A stretch of DNA of 64,000 bases, taken from Malacoraja senta (Eukaryota). Every line of letters begins with the position of its first letter. Position 1 is the first letter of the stretch. The position numbers and the translations under genes were made by a program. This document shows, piece by piece, positions 37,512 to 50,407 of this stretch. The stretch is taken from NCBI GenBank assembly GCA_038087875.1, contig JAXLNO010000796.1:1-64000 (forward strand), in the 5' to 3' direction. Below the pieces are notes generated by a model. It had not been told where the DNA came from. It ran no database searches and saw only the letters and a program-made list of their open reading frames with translations.

Positions 37512-38088
37512 ACTCTTTCATTCAATCAATCATTCAATCAACTTTTATTGTCATCTTGCAAGCAACAGTTGTACAGTGCAAAATGAAAAGATGTTTCCCA
37601 GGGAATACCGGAGCATCGCACATGAAATTTAAAACATTTCACACATAATAACACTAAAAACAATCCAGTCCCTGATGGAACAGTATAAATAGTTAAAAAG
37701 TAGGTAAAACATCAACGTTAAAATACAGTAAAACCAATCATAAACATGTCCGGGGCAGCTGATTTGAGTGGCCAGTGCCAGTTATTGAAGTGGCCAGTGC
37801 CAGTTATTAAAGTGTCCGTGCCAAGCCGCAGAATCAGGTGACTGTGAGTACAGAGTGGCTGTTTAGCAGCCTCACAGCATATGGCAGGAAGCTGTTTAGC
37901 AGTCTTGTGGTCCGGGCTTTGATGCTGCGATATCTCTTGCCTGATGGCAGGAGATCCAGGTGTATGTGGAGGGGGTGCAGTTTGTCCTTAGCAATTCTCT
38001 GAGCTTTTTTCAGACAGCGGCTCTGGAACAGTTCTTGTACCCAGGGTAGGGAGACGCCAATGATCCTCTCTGCTCCCCTCACTACCCT
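37512..38088 (-). mobile_element. Rex1/Babar-type non-LTR retrotransposon 3' end
   Basis: ORF 37834-38082 encodes LLPSGKRYRSIKARTTRLLNSFLPYAVRLLN. The 3' end has AATAAA and a (TGAT/TGAA)n tail. Confidence 0.75.
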
Positions 38089-41000
38089 TTCAATGTTACT
38101 GGTGACTATTTGACTTCAAGACACCGTCTAACTGTTCATAAAGTGTTGATAACACTTTTACACGCCTTAATCGTGAAAAGGATGGAGACAAGAAGGAAAG
38201 GAGGATCCCCAAAGAAGGAACTGGGGAAAGCCACCACCACAGCTGCAGCTTCTGATTCCAGCATCATAGAAGCAATATCGAAAAATGAATGATGAATTGA
38301 ACAATGAGCTGAAAAATGAAATGAAAACAAGATTTGGCAGTTTGGAAGAAATGGTGAAAGGAGTTTCGACCAAATTGAAGGAAGTCCAAGGAAAACTGTC
38401 TTTGTTACAAGATGAACTTCGTGAACAAACGGATCAAATTGATATCTTGCGCACCCTGGGACAGGAGAGAGATTTGAAGATTGAAAAATTGGAACGGAGA
38501 ATGAATGAAAACACTTCAGCAATACAAGTCTAAAAATATGGACTTAGAAAACAGAAGCCGTGGTTTGAATTGACGAATTGTTGGTTTGCCGGAAGGCCAA
38601 GAAGGAGATAACGTTATAAAATATGCTTCTAAAATGATAAAGGAAACATTCAACATTGAGCAGAATGAAAACCTTCCGTTCCTGGATAAGGCACACAGGA
38701 TTGGGAAGAGATCCGGTAATAAACCGAGACACTTGATCATACGGTTTCATTTTTTTCAAATGAAGGAGAATATTCTCCAGGCAGCAAAAAAGTTTGGTGT
38801 GGTTGAATATGAAGGATGTAAGTTTCGATTTGTCCCTGATTATAGTTACGAGCTTTTGGAAATAAGAAAGACTTTTTATAATGTAATGTCTGATTTGTAT
38901 AAGAAAAACTGCGCCCAGCTTTATTATCACCAGCTAGATTGTGTATTCGGCTTTTCAATGGTAACTTTCGATTTTTTAACAGTCCTCAAGACGTCTCCAG
39001 CTTTCTGAAGAGCTACGACGAGGAAGGGGAGTAATTGATAGCTGATTAAGTTATAATTGGAGATTTACTGTTCCTATTTTGACAACATTTTGTTTGGTAA
39101 TGATTAAGAATTTAACTGGACGAGTTGTTTTTCTTTTATATATATTCTTTTAAGAATTTCTTTGTTAATTCGTGTTCCCCTGTCGTTAGACAAACTAAGA
39201 GAATGCAGTTCTTGTTTTTCATATCTTGACCTTGGATAATAATAAGCCGCATTCCATGCCAGTCTGTATTTTTTTCTTCTTCTCTCTTAAAGAATGTGTT
39301 ATGACGTAGTGGTTAAATATTATTCTTTTTATGCTGAGCGCTGTTACTGGGAGAGATGGGATTGGGGAGGGGATTAGGTAGTTTGCTGACTGTCTTTTGG
39401 TCAGTTTGGGGTTCTACAGGGGTGGGAGGGGGTGGGTCGGGGTGGGAGGGGGTGGGAGGGGGGAAGGGGGAGGGGTCTTTTTTTCAAACTACCTGATTCC
39501 AAGTTTAGTGCTAAACAATGGCGATTTAATGCTACTTTGCTTCAAGACTTAAACTTTATTAAGTTTATGAAAGATCAGATTGCTTTTTACTTCTTGACAA
39601 ACTCTAATGAAGAGATATCCTATGGTATAGTTTGGGATGCTTTTAAGGCATATATTCGTGGACAAATTATTTCATACTCCGCGGGATTAAAAAAACAAAC
39701 ACAAAATGAAATACGCACATTGGCTGACGAGATTAAAGAAATTGATTAAAAATATTCAAAAGCTCCTAGTTTAGAGCTCTATAAGAATAGAGTTGAACTT
39801 CAATTGAGATATGATTTGTTATTAGTATCACCGATTGAGAACCAGTTACTTAAAACCAAAAGTTAATTTTATATAAATGGCGAAAAATCTGGTAAATTAC
39901 TTGTTAATCAATTGAAAGCAGTATCGGCCAAGCGTCAGAAGTGAGTAAACGGGCTGGTACAGTAACTGACGAAATTAATAAATCCTTTCAGCAATTTTAT
40001 ACCTCCCTATACCAATCAGATTTTCCTAATGATTCCAATATAATGCATGAGTTTTTACAGAAACTGAACTTACCAAATTTACCATACAATTTACCATCTG
40101 TTGTTAGATGAACCCATCACGGAAGAAGAAATACAGAAAGCAATTTTTTCAATGAATTCTGGTAAAGCTCCCGGTTTAGATGGATTTACAGTAGAATTTT
40201 TAAAGTATTTCTCAAATGTATTGTCTCCATGGCTATGCAAGGTATTTAAAGAAGCCTTTTTAAGGAATAGATTACCACAATCTTTTTATGAAGCTTCTAT
40301 TTCTTTAATTTTAAAAAAAGATAAAGACCCTACTGAAGTGACATCATATAGACCTATATCAATGTTAAGTGTAGATTTTAAAATTCTTTCAAAAATATTA
40401 CCTATGAGATTGGAAAAGATTTTACCGCAAATTATCTCTGAAGATCAGACAGGTTTTATTAAAAATCGTTACTCATTCTTTAATGTTAGGAGATTAATAA
40501 ATATTGTATATACAGCGTCTAATAAAACCCCAGAATGTGTCATCTCACTTGATGCCGAGAAGGCTATTGATAGAGTAGAATGGAATACTTATTCAATATA
40601 CTTGAAAAAGTTAAGATTGGTCCAAAATTTATCTCTTGGATCAAACTGCTATATCTTATACCTCAGGCTTCTGTATTTACTGATAATCAGAGATCCCCTT
40701 TTTCAGGCTCTTTCAAGGTACTAGACAGGGCTGTCCCTTAAGTCCTTTACTATTTGATATTGCTTTGGAAACTTTAGCCACTGCTATTAGGGAATCCCCT
40801 AATATTTTTGGTATTGTCCGCGGGATTAAGACACATAAGCTATCTCTTTATGCAGATGATCTGTTATTATTTATTTCTAACCCTGAGAAATCTATTCCAG
40901 CAATAGTAGCATTACTTAATCAATTCAGTAGTTTTTCTGGTTATAAACTAAATCTTAGTAAGGGTGAGCTTTCCCATTAAATAATTTTGTTTCGAGTTAT

Positions 41001-41982
41001 GGACAGTTTCCATTTAGATTGACTACCGAAAGTTTTACTTATTTAGGTATTAAGATCACCAAGAAACACAAGGATTTATTTAAAGCTAATTTTATTCCTT
41101 TAATTGACCATATTAAACATCAGTTCACTAAATGGTTACCAATGTCCTTATCCTTAATTGGCCGAATCAATGCTATTAAAATGTTCATTTTACCTAAATT
41201 TCTGTATTTATTCAGACGATACCAATTTTTATTGCCAAATCTTTCTTTGATATTATAGACTCTAAAATTTCTTCATATATATGGCAGAATAAAAATCCCA
41301 GACTAGGTAAAAAATACCTACAGAAATCCAAAAAAGTTGGTGGTTTGGCATTGCCGAACCTTAAACTCTACTATTGGGCAGTCAATGTTCGTTATTTAAC
41401 ATTTTGGACAAAAGATTTAGAAGATACCCAATGCCCTGGATGGATAAACCTAGAATGTGATTCCTTACAAGGGCTATAATTGGCTTCTATTCTAGGGACC
41501 TCGTTACCTTTTACAATTACGAGATTGAATAAATATATGACGAACCCAATAATAAGACATACGTTCCGAATACGGTTTCAATTTCGTACGTTTTTTGGAC
41601 TATCTGATTTTATCCAAATTTCTCTTCCAACCATCTAGTACTGATTAAGTTTTTTTGTTATGGAAGAGGAAGGGATTAGTAGCTTTTCGTGATTTGTTTT
41701 TGGAGGGTTGTTTTATGTCTTTCGAACAACTCTCCAATAAATATAACTTACCTAATTCACACTTTTTTAGATATTTACAAATTAGACAAAAGGAACTACC
41801 CCTTTTTCCGCTACCACATCAACCCGAAATTTTGGATTTTTTTTTACAGTTGAACCCTTATCAGAAAGGATTAATAACAACTATTCATGAGTTGATTTTA
41901 AAATTACAAATTTGATAAAATTAAGAATGACTGGGAAAGAGAACTCCAAATGTCTTTATCTATAGAGAAATGGGAGAGGATC

Positions 41983-42229
41983 TGCAACGACCAGGTTCAG
42001 GAACAGCTACTTCCCCACAGCCATCAGGCTATTAAACCTGGCTCGGACATAACACTGAACTTTACTAGCCAATACTGTTATTTGCACTTTATCAGTATAT
42101 TGACCATTGTGTATATATTTATAGAATGCCTTGTAGTAAATGCCTACTATGTTCTGTTGTGCTCAAGCAAAGCAAGAATGTCATTGTCCTACCAGGGACA
42201 CATGACAATAAACTCACTTGACTTGACTT
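41983..42229 (+). mobile_element. Rex1/Babar-type 3' fragment inserted in L1 ORF2, 5-bp TSD GGATC
   Basis: Encodes TTRFRNSYFPTAIRLLN, with a (GACTT)n tail. GGATC occurs at 41978-41982 and 42230-42234. Removing the insert restores WERILQLVN. Confidence 0.8.
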
Positions 42230-42852
42230 GGATCCTTCAATTAGTTAATACCTCTTCAATGTGTGCAAGACACGCTCTGATACAATTCAAGGTGGTTCAC
42301 AGAGCTCATATGTCAAAAGATAAGTTAGCTCGTTTTTATGGTCATATAAATCCTACCTGTGACAGATGTAACTCTGAAGTGGCATCACTGACCCATATGT
42401 TTTGGTCCTGCCCCCTTTTGGAAAAATATTGGAAATAAATTTTTGATACTATTTCGGTAGTCTTAGGTATAGATTTACAACCTCATCCTATTACTGCAAT
42501 TTTTGGGTTACCAATGTTAGATTCTATTCATTTGTCCCACTCCGCCCATCGGTTGATTGCTTTTACCACATTAATTGCCAGAAGATTTATTTTCTTTAAA
42601 TGGAAAGATTCCAACCCTCCGACCACACTCCAGTGGTATTCTGAAATGATATCATGTTTAAATTTAGAAAAAATCAGAAGTGACATTGTTGAACCCTTGG
42701 TTAAATTTGATAAAGACTTGGGGAATATTTATTGAACACTTTCATACAACATAAATTGATCGCTCTTTAACCATTATAAAAATTATTTTACTTTCATAGG
42801 GTGGAACGGACTTGACGACAAACAGACTTAAATTGTTGAATTTCTCAGTTCA

Positions 42853-42989
42853 NNNNNNNNNNNNNNNNNNNNNNNNNNNNNNNNNNNNNNNNNNNNNNNN
42901 NNNNNNNNNNNNNNNNNNNNNNNNNNNNNNNNNNNNNNNNNNNNNNNNNNNNNNNNNNNNNNNNNNNNNNNNNNNNNNNNNNNNNNNNN
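42853..42989. other. Assembly gap (N run)
   Basis: Run of N. Confidence 1.
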
Positions 42990-43224
42990 TTTTTTTTACA
43001 TTTATGTTTCCTTTTAAAGATTTAACTATATTTACATAGGTCTATATTCATGTGTATTTTGACACTGGTCTCATATTAGGTTATACCTGTTATTAATGTA
43101 ATCCTGATCCCTATGTATCAATACCATTGTTATATTTATCATTATTCTTTTTGCTCTGTTTTTTATGTTTTATTTTTGTTTTTGTTTTTTGGAAAAAAAA
43201 CAATAAAAAGATTTTAAAAGAAAG

Positions 43225-43760
43225 GTACTGAATGAAAAAGTTGGGATGTTCTGCTACAGTTGTACAAGATGTTGGTGAGGTCACATTTGGAGTATTGTGT
43301 TAAGTTTTGGTCACTCCACTATCAGAAGGATGTCATTAACAGGGCCTGCGATTCAGGGAGAGGATGACAATGCTTGGACTTTAGTCCTTGGCACGCAAGA
43401 GGCTGAGGGGTGATCTTATAGAAGTTTATAAAATCAAGGAGCATAGATAGATTGAATGCACAGAATCTTTCAACCAGCCTTATGTAATCAAGAACCAGAG
43501 GACTTAGGTTTAAGGTGAGAAGGAAACGAGTTACTCGGAACCAGAGGAAGTGGAAATATGGAAGAACATTCCAGGGGAAGGAGTTGAGGCAGGTATTAAA
43601 ACACATTTAGAACACACTTGGACAGGTACATACTGTAGATAGGAAAGGTTCAGTGAGATATAGGTCAATTGCAGGAAAATTGTAGTTTAAATATGGCATC
43701 TTGGTTGGCATGGCCAAGTTGAGGCAAAGGGCCCATTTCCATGCCGTATGACTCTATGGC
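43225..43760 (+). mobile_element. Degraded CR1 3' fragment
   Basis: gttggtgaggtcacatttggagtattgtgt...ggacttaggtttaaggtgagaagg...gggcccatttccatgccgtatgactctatg. Confidence 0.7.
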
Positions 43761-44475
43761 TCCGTGGGCTTGAAAAGCCAATTCTTTTCCGTTTCCCTGC
43801 TAAATGATAGTTAATCACCCTCACTAATAGTGACCACAATGGCAGACCCATGACCATGACTGGCTTACAGTGATAATAAGCTAACCATTGCCTCAGTTCA
43901 AATATGCATGTCGTTGATGTTCAATGACTAAATTGTTGCTGCATTCTTAGTTTTGGCAAGGTTCTGATCTGGGTGCTGGAGCTGTTAGACATCTTGATAC
44001 CATGAAAGCAGAATCTCAATTTCAGGAAATATACTTGCTGAATGGTGTCTCAGACCAGCAATGCCAGGGAACATTGTATTTTGAAGAGGAAATATTACTC
44101 AACCAAGGCCAAGTGCTCGAGAAAGCAGCACGTCTGTTATTTCAATGAAAACTCTGCTCTTCATCCATCTTGTCATTTTGATCACCCAGTTTAGTTTATA
44201 ATATTGTATAACATTTGCAATCAATTCTCACAGTTTATGACATTTACAGCTGGCGTGAAGATGCATCAGTCAATACCTTCTGTCTTCCAATTTAGTTTAT
44301 TTAATTGAAAGATAGAAACATTAAAAAATAGGTGCAGGAATAGGCTATTCGGCCCTTTGAGCCATACATGGCTGATCATCCAAAATTAATACTCCGATCT
44401 AGCTTTTTCCCCATATCCCTTCACTCCCTTAGCCCTAAGAGCTAAATCTAACTCTCTCTTGAAAACAGTGATACA

Positions 44476-44760
44476 GTGTGTAAACAGGCCATTTGTGCCA
44501 CCAAATCCATACTAACCAGCAATCACCCATTCATAATAGATTTCCCATCCACCCCTACACTATCAGGGTGTCTTAACAAGGATGATTACCTGCACACCTG
44601 CTCATCTTTGGGATATGGGAGGAAACCAGAGCTCCCTGAGGAAGCCCACATAGTCACAAGAGAATGTGCAAACTCCACGTAGACAGTACCCGAGGTCCAG
44701 ATTGAACCTGGGTCTCTGGCGTTGTGAGGCAGCAGTTCTACCAGCTGCACTACCATGCTG
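44476..44760 (-). mobile_element. HE1-type SINE, degraded
   Basis: The reverse complement contains cagctggtagaactgctgcctcacaacgccagagacccaggttcaatc. Confidence 0.7.
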
Positions 44761-45084
44761 CATTACGTACAAACTCTAAATCCTACACTGACTTTCCCTT
44801 CCACTTGTTATATTCAACACAATAACTCCGTTACACAGGAGGAAAGTGAACTGCAATTCATCACCAGAATATATCTTACAAGTGTGATCACAGGCAAGAA
44901 ACCAGTGATATAGATAATAATACACTAAAACCCTGATCATCCAGCTCTCTTGGGATTTGGGAAATGGTAGATTTTAAGGACTGCTGCATGTTACTCCAAA
45001 CATACTTTAATTCAACTAATTTAAGCACTTATTGAGCAGGTCAGTGGTTGAGGTGCATCTGTACACTACTATCAGACTTAAGCG

Positions 45085-45477
45085 TAAAAAAAAAAAAACT
45101 GAGGTCAGGTAAAGGGTGATGATAGCTGGAAAGTTGGTATGTCCCATTTGCGTAATGCTCATAAAAACTATTTGTTTTTCTCTTTCTCCTCTTTCTCTTT
45201 CTCCTTCTTTTCTAGGGTCTATTTCTTAACTCTTTTTCTATTGTTTTTAATTTTGTTCTTATAGGGTCTTTGTTTTGTCTTGTTGTCACATTTTCTACAC
45301 TTTCACTTTTTCCTTCACTTTCTTCTTTCTTTCAATCTTATCCTTTCCTTTTACTAGTGTAAAAAATAAACGGAGTACATTAATTGTAAGAAGATATAAG
45401 TGACGAGTACTAATGTATGTAGTTGTAATGTAATGTACTTCTAATAAATAAAAAAAAATTTAAAAAAAGAAAAAAAA
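45085..45477 (+). mobile_element. Poly(A)-tailed retro-insertion (L1-like 3' UTR only) with an 11-bp TSD
   Basis: AGACTTAAGCG at 45074-45084 and 45478-45488. The insert has a pyrimidine-rich body, AATAAA and an A-rich tail. Confidence 0.7.
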
Positions 45478-45532
45478 AGACTTAAGCGGAGGAATACCCA
45501 TTGTAATTTGCCTGAAGAGTCTCGAACCAGAT

Positions 45533-45890
45533 TAATAATAATAATAATAATGGATTATATTTATATAGCGCCTTTCTAATACTCAAGGCGCTTTACATCG
45601 CATTATTCATTCACTCCTCAGTCACACTCGGTGGTGAGCTACTTCTGTAGCCACAGCTGCCCTGGGGCAGACTGACGGAAGCGTGGCTGCTAATTTGCGC
45701 CTACAGCCCCTCCGACCACCACCAATCACTCACACACATTCACACACATCCACACACATTCACACGCAGGCAAAGGTGGGTGAAGTGTCTTGCCCAAGGA
45801 CACAACGACAGTATGCACTCCAAGCGGGATTCGAACCGGCTACCTTCCGGTTGCCAGCCGAACACTTAGCCCATTGCGCCATCTGTCGCC
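45533..45890 (-). mobile_element. tRNA-derived CORE-type SINE with an L2-like tail, resembling teleost AFC-type SINEs
   Basis: Reverse complement: ggcgacagatggcgcaatggg (A box)...ggttcgaatccc (B box)...tgtgtccttgggcaagacacttcaccc (CORE)...aaaggcgctatataaat...(TTA)n. Confidence 0.75.
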
Positions 45891-46409
45891 TATCCATGGT
45901 CTCCAGGGATGTTGCCTGACCTGCTGAGTTACTATAGCACTGTCCCTCACAGTCTTTCCCAATCTTATAAATCAAAAATAGTCAGCATCTTTCTACATCA
46001 AAAAGAGTCATGGAAATATGCAGCATACAAATATGGCCTTTGTCCCACTGACCTGCACCAACCATTCATGTACACTAATCCTATATTTGTCCCACATTCT
46101 CATCAGCTCTCCCCACATTGTATCATGCACAATCTAGGGGACAACTAACCTACCAAACAATGTTTTGGGGATGTGGGAGGAAACCAGAGCACCTGGGGAA
46201 ACCCACATGGTCACAGGAACAACATGCAAACCCTACAGATACAACAGCCAATGTCGGTATTTAATTCAGGTCTCTGGCTCTGTGATGTCCTGTTTCACAT
46301 TGTAGTCCACCTGTCATGTTGTTGCTCATTCATTCGGCTTTCCACCTTGAACCATTTCTCCCACTACTCACATTCCCACTTAATTTGGAGTTTTCCAGCA
46401 ACAGCGGCC

Positions 46410-46712
46410 TTGGTGGCAGCTACTGTGTGCAGCGGTAGAGTTGCTGCCTTACAGTGCTTGCAGCACCGGAGACCCGGGTTCGATCCCGACTACTGATGCT
46501 GTCTGTACAAAGTTTGTACGTTCTCCCCGTGACCGCGTGTGTTTTCTCCGAGATCTAAGGTTTCCTCCCACACTCCAAAGACGTACAGGTATGTAGGTTA
46601 ATTGGCTTGGTGTGGTGTATAGGATAGTGTTAATGTGCGGGGATCGCTGGTCAGCGCAGACTCGGTGGGCCTAAGGACCTGTTTCGTCACTGTATCTCTA
46701 AATTAAACTAAA
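46410..46712 (+). mobile_element. HE1-type SINE
   Basis: gcagcggtagagttgctgccttacag...gagacccgggttcgatcccgactac...tgtatctctaaattaaactaaac. Confidence 0.85.
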
Positions 46713-46792
46713 CAAAACTAGTAAATGTTAAACTGCAACCAATCTGCCTCATAGCTGACTTGGATCATGAACAGTGCGAGCCCCCAACAGAG

Positions 46793-47105
46793 CAGCACAG
46801 TGTCACAACTCATAGAGCTGCTGCCTCACAGCGACACAGACCCGGGTTCAATTTTGACCTTGAGTGCCATCTATGTGGAGTTTGCACGTTCTCCATGTAA
46901 CCGAATTGGATCCCTCCAGGGGCTCCGGTTTCCTCACACATGCTAAGATGTGTCAGTTTATAGTTTAATTGGCCACTGTAAATTGCCCCTAGTGGGTGGG
47001 TGACTGGATGAGAAGATGCAATGAGATAGAATTCATGAGAACAGGTGGTTGGTGGTTGGCATGGACACGGTGGGCCGAAAGGACTGCCCCCATGCTGTAC
47101 CTTTT
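46793..47105 (+). mobile_element. HE1-type SINE
   Basis: atagagctgctgcctcacagcgacacagacccgggttcaa...gtgggccgaaaggactgccccca. Confidence 0.75.
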
Positions 47106-47354
47106 AATGACTCATTGATATTTCTTGGATTTGGTGCAGTGAATCCATAATGTATAACATGTTTTCACACTGAATTCACAATTTTTAAATATCTGATTAT
47201 CAGAAACATTTAACAACAGCACAAAGGCTAGTTGACAGTGGTGACTGTCGAGGCATTTCAGGTGTAGCTGCTGCCTTATCCTACTTGAGATCGATCATTT
47301 CTTCAAGCCCAATACCTTTACTAGCAACAGTGCATCACAATTTTTCCATCTTAC

Positions 47355-47462
47355 CTCTCCTCTTTTTTCTCCACCAAACAATTACTGCCAAGACAATAGC
47401 CAGCAATATCAGCACACACACGGCAATAAGGCCTATGTGCCTGTCTTTCTTCCTATTTCCTT
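47355..47462 (-). CDS. MHC class I-like gene, connecting peptide/TM exon
   Basis: Acceptor cttatttttCAG and donor GTAAGA. The 108-bp phase 1-1 exon encodes (E)GNRKKDRHIGLIAVCVLILLAIVLAVIVWWRKKRR, a hydrophobic helix with a basic stop-transfer sequence. Confidence 0.9.
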
Positions 47463-50140
47463 CTGAAAAATAAGAATGCATAATTTTACAAATCAATTGT
47501 TAAGCTGTGCAGCTAAATAGATGGGCACTGTCTGAAGACTTCAGAGTGAAGAAGGGTCTCGACCCGAAATGCCACCTATTCCTTTTCTCCAGAGATGTTA
47601 CCTGACCCGCTGAGTTACTCCAGCATTTTGTGTCTATTTTTGGGGCTTTTCAAGGTATATAAGATGATATGGTGTTTTGAATCACGGAGTTCTGCAGCAT
47701 GACAAAGGGACAATATATGTTCTGTACAACTCTATGATCCATGGCACCATCACAGCCACAACTTAATTCAAGAAAGAAGGTGAATTGGAAGCAGAAAGCT
47801 TTAACCCTATATAAACTAACATTTGTTTTGGGGAAAATGCTGGATTCCTTTCAATAATGGCAGAACATTTAAATAATAACAAAACAATAAAGTGCATTAT
47901 CAGGGCATTAACAGGAAAATTGTAGAAAGAAAGAGATGCAGATACTGATTTACACAAAAGCTTTAGTTGAGTTTATTGTCACATGTATTGAGGTACAGTG
48001 AAAAGCTTTTGTTACGTGCTAATCAGTCAGTGGAAAGAATATACATAATAGACACAAAATGCTGGAGTAACTGAGCGGAACAGGCAGCATCTCTGGCGAA
48101 CATGGATTCATCACCTATTCCTTTTCTCCAGAGATGCTGGCTGACCAGCTGAGTTATTCCAGCAATTTGTGTCCATCTTCGGTGTAAACCAGCATTTGCA
48201 GTTTCTTCTTACACATGGACAGGTGACGTTTCGTTTTGGGACCCTTCTTCAAACTTTGTTTGAGAAATTGATTAGAATTCTTTGAAAATGCAACAGGAAC
48301 CCGTAGACAATGTATATTCGAGCAGCAGGTGTGCACAGTCTAAAATTCAAAAACAAAATGATGGAAAAGCAGAATAGGTAACAAAATTGGAATGAGAAAC
48401 AAAAGAAATACAATATATTGTAGAGATCCAAACATCGTGAACAAATCAATGTTTTTTTTAAAGAAATACAGTTTTGGCACATTCATGTTTAGTAAGGACT
48501 TGAGCAAAGTTCCTGCCGTTGTAATCGGGCACACCAGTTGACTGGCGACTGATTCATCACCAACTCCCACCAAAACCCTGTCATGTGATAGTCCCAGCTC
48601 CCCTGACGAGGGTTCTAGCAATAAGTGGCCTGACCACCAGATGTCGCACAATATCTGGATTTTCATAAGATATCAATCTAGTGATGCAAAGGCTTATGAC
48701 ATTGGGGGTAATAATTAGCATGAATGGAAAAAACAATTTAGAGCAAGCAGAGAGTTGTCTTAAAGGAGTGTTCAGGTTGGGAAACTGCAACTGCAGGTTG
48801 GGAATTAATGCAAGAAAGTGAACTACTTATCGTTGGTATTAAGAGCAGATGAAGGGACTGATGGTGCTGTAGCCTAGATTGCTGATGATACATAGATAGG
48901 TTGGAAATTAAGTTCTGGAGTATGTCAACAGTCTTCAGAGTGAACTATCAGATTCCTTAGTTGTGCATTGTTCGAGGGAATCTTCAAAAGTGAGCATTTG
49001 TGTAGGTTAGTGCAGCATACTTGGAATCAAACTACTATGATCGCTGTTGGTCAGGCAGTTATATATTTCGTTGCTGAAGCTGTAACTTGTGTCATGGAAC
49101 TTACTTCATTAGGTTTACTTTTATTAATGCTAGATGTTTCAAAATACAGAGCAAAGGTTTGTTTTGTATGCTATCCAAACAAATTATAAGACTATACATA
49201 AATACAAACTCAAAAACAATAGATAGAGCAAAGAGGAGGATACAGAGTACAGAATATCATTCTCAACATTGTAACACATCAGTTCCATAGACAATGTTCA
49301 ATGTGCAATGAGGTTGAGGTAAATCGGGCATTAAACCTACATTATGGAAGGACCCTTCTGAAGCCTGTTAACAGGTGGAAAAGGGGTGTTCCTGAGTCTG
49401 GCAGTGTATACTTTCAACTTTCTGTACCTATTGCCTGTTGGGAGCAGGAAGGAGGAATGACCGGGGTGGGATAAGTCTCGTTTTCCAAGGCAACCTGGTG
49501 TAGACTGAATCAATAGTGGGAAGTCTGGCCTGTGTGGTGATCTTTAGCTCTTTGTATATTCTTGCAGTCTTGAGCAGTGCAGTTCCCAAATCAAGATGTG
49601 ATGCAACCCAACAACATGCTTTCTCTAGCAGCATCTATAGATGTTTGCTAGAGTCACCAGAGACATGATGAATATTCTCAGTCTCCTGAGGTGTTGGTGT
49701 GCCCCCTTGGCTATGTGGCCAGTCCATGACAGAATATTGGATATATTCATGCCAAGGAACATGAAGCTCTCAATCATTTCCACTTCGGACCGTTGATTCA
49801 GATTGGGGCATGTACTCCCCCAGTGCCTTGCTGTTAATCACATCATGAGGAAAGATTCATTTTTTATTTAAACATACCTTTCATGGATTTCAGTTCCACC
49901 ACTGAGAATCCCAAATACTCCTTCCTTGTATATTAGTTATTTATTTACTTTTGATAAATTTTCTGTTGACAAAGTCTTCTGCTCATGTGGAGAGTGGGTG
50001 CTGATTACGTGATTACTTAGAGCAACACCACTAAACAAAGAAAGTTTAAGCATCTAGGAATATGGGATGTAGTCACAATGATTAAAATGGAAACAACAGA
50101 AGATAATGATTATCTATGAAAGAATATTTAATGTTCTTAC

Positions 50141-50407
50141 CCCAGATGATGGTCTTCCCACCGGGCAGGCTGCTGTGATCGACATGACAGGAATACTGTT
50201 TCCCATCATACGGATCATACTGAAGGACAGACTTTAGATGATATGTTCCATCGTTGTTGGGTATGACCCCAGAAGATTTGGTCTCAGAGACATGTTGACC
50301 ATTCTGCAACCAGCTGACATTAATGGCCGGTGGGTAAAATCCAAACACAGTGCAGTACAGGACTGAATGATCATCAGGGCGGGCAGCGAGAGTGACCTCA
50401 GGGGAAA
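50141..50407 (-). CDS. MHC class I-like gene, alpha3 (Ig C1) exon
   Basis: Acceptor tcttgTAG and donor GTAAGA. The 267-bp phase 1-1 exon encodes SPEVTLAARPDDHSVLYCTVFGFYPPAINVSWLQNG...PNNDGTYHLKSVL...YSCHVDHSSLPGGKTIIW. Confidence 0.95.

Larger units (their letters stand above)
38100..43225 (+). mobile_element. Degraded L1-clade LINE (ORF1 and ORF2, most of the endonuclease deleted, many frameshifts)
   Basis: ORF1 from ATG 38182 includes RIVGLPEG...DKAHRIG...PRHLIIRFH. ORF2 includes WRFNATLL, GKAPGLDGF, YRPISML, SLDAEKAIDRVEW, GCPLSPLLF, LYADDLLL and C-terminal CDRC...THMFWSC. A-rich tail with AATAAA near 43200. Confidence 0.93.

Noticed and set aside
46371-46418. Possible 48-bp phase 1-1 cytoplasmic exon (AATKAAVAGKLQIKWE) of the MHC-like gene
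   Set aside because: The acceptor lies in the head of an antisense SINE and has no polypyrimidine tract, so it is probably a chance match.
48595-48640. CTGACGAGGGTT motif (similar at 52331) as another hammerhead core
   Set aside because: No stem II closing onto a GAAA and no stem I could be built.
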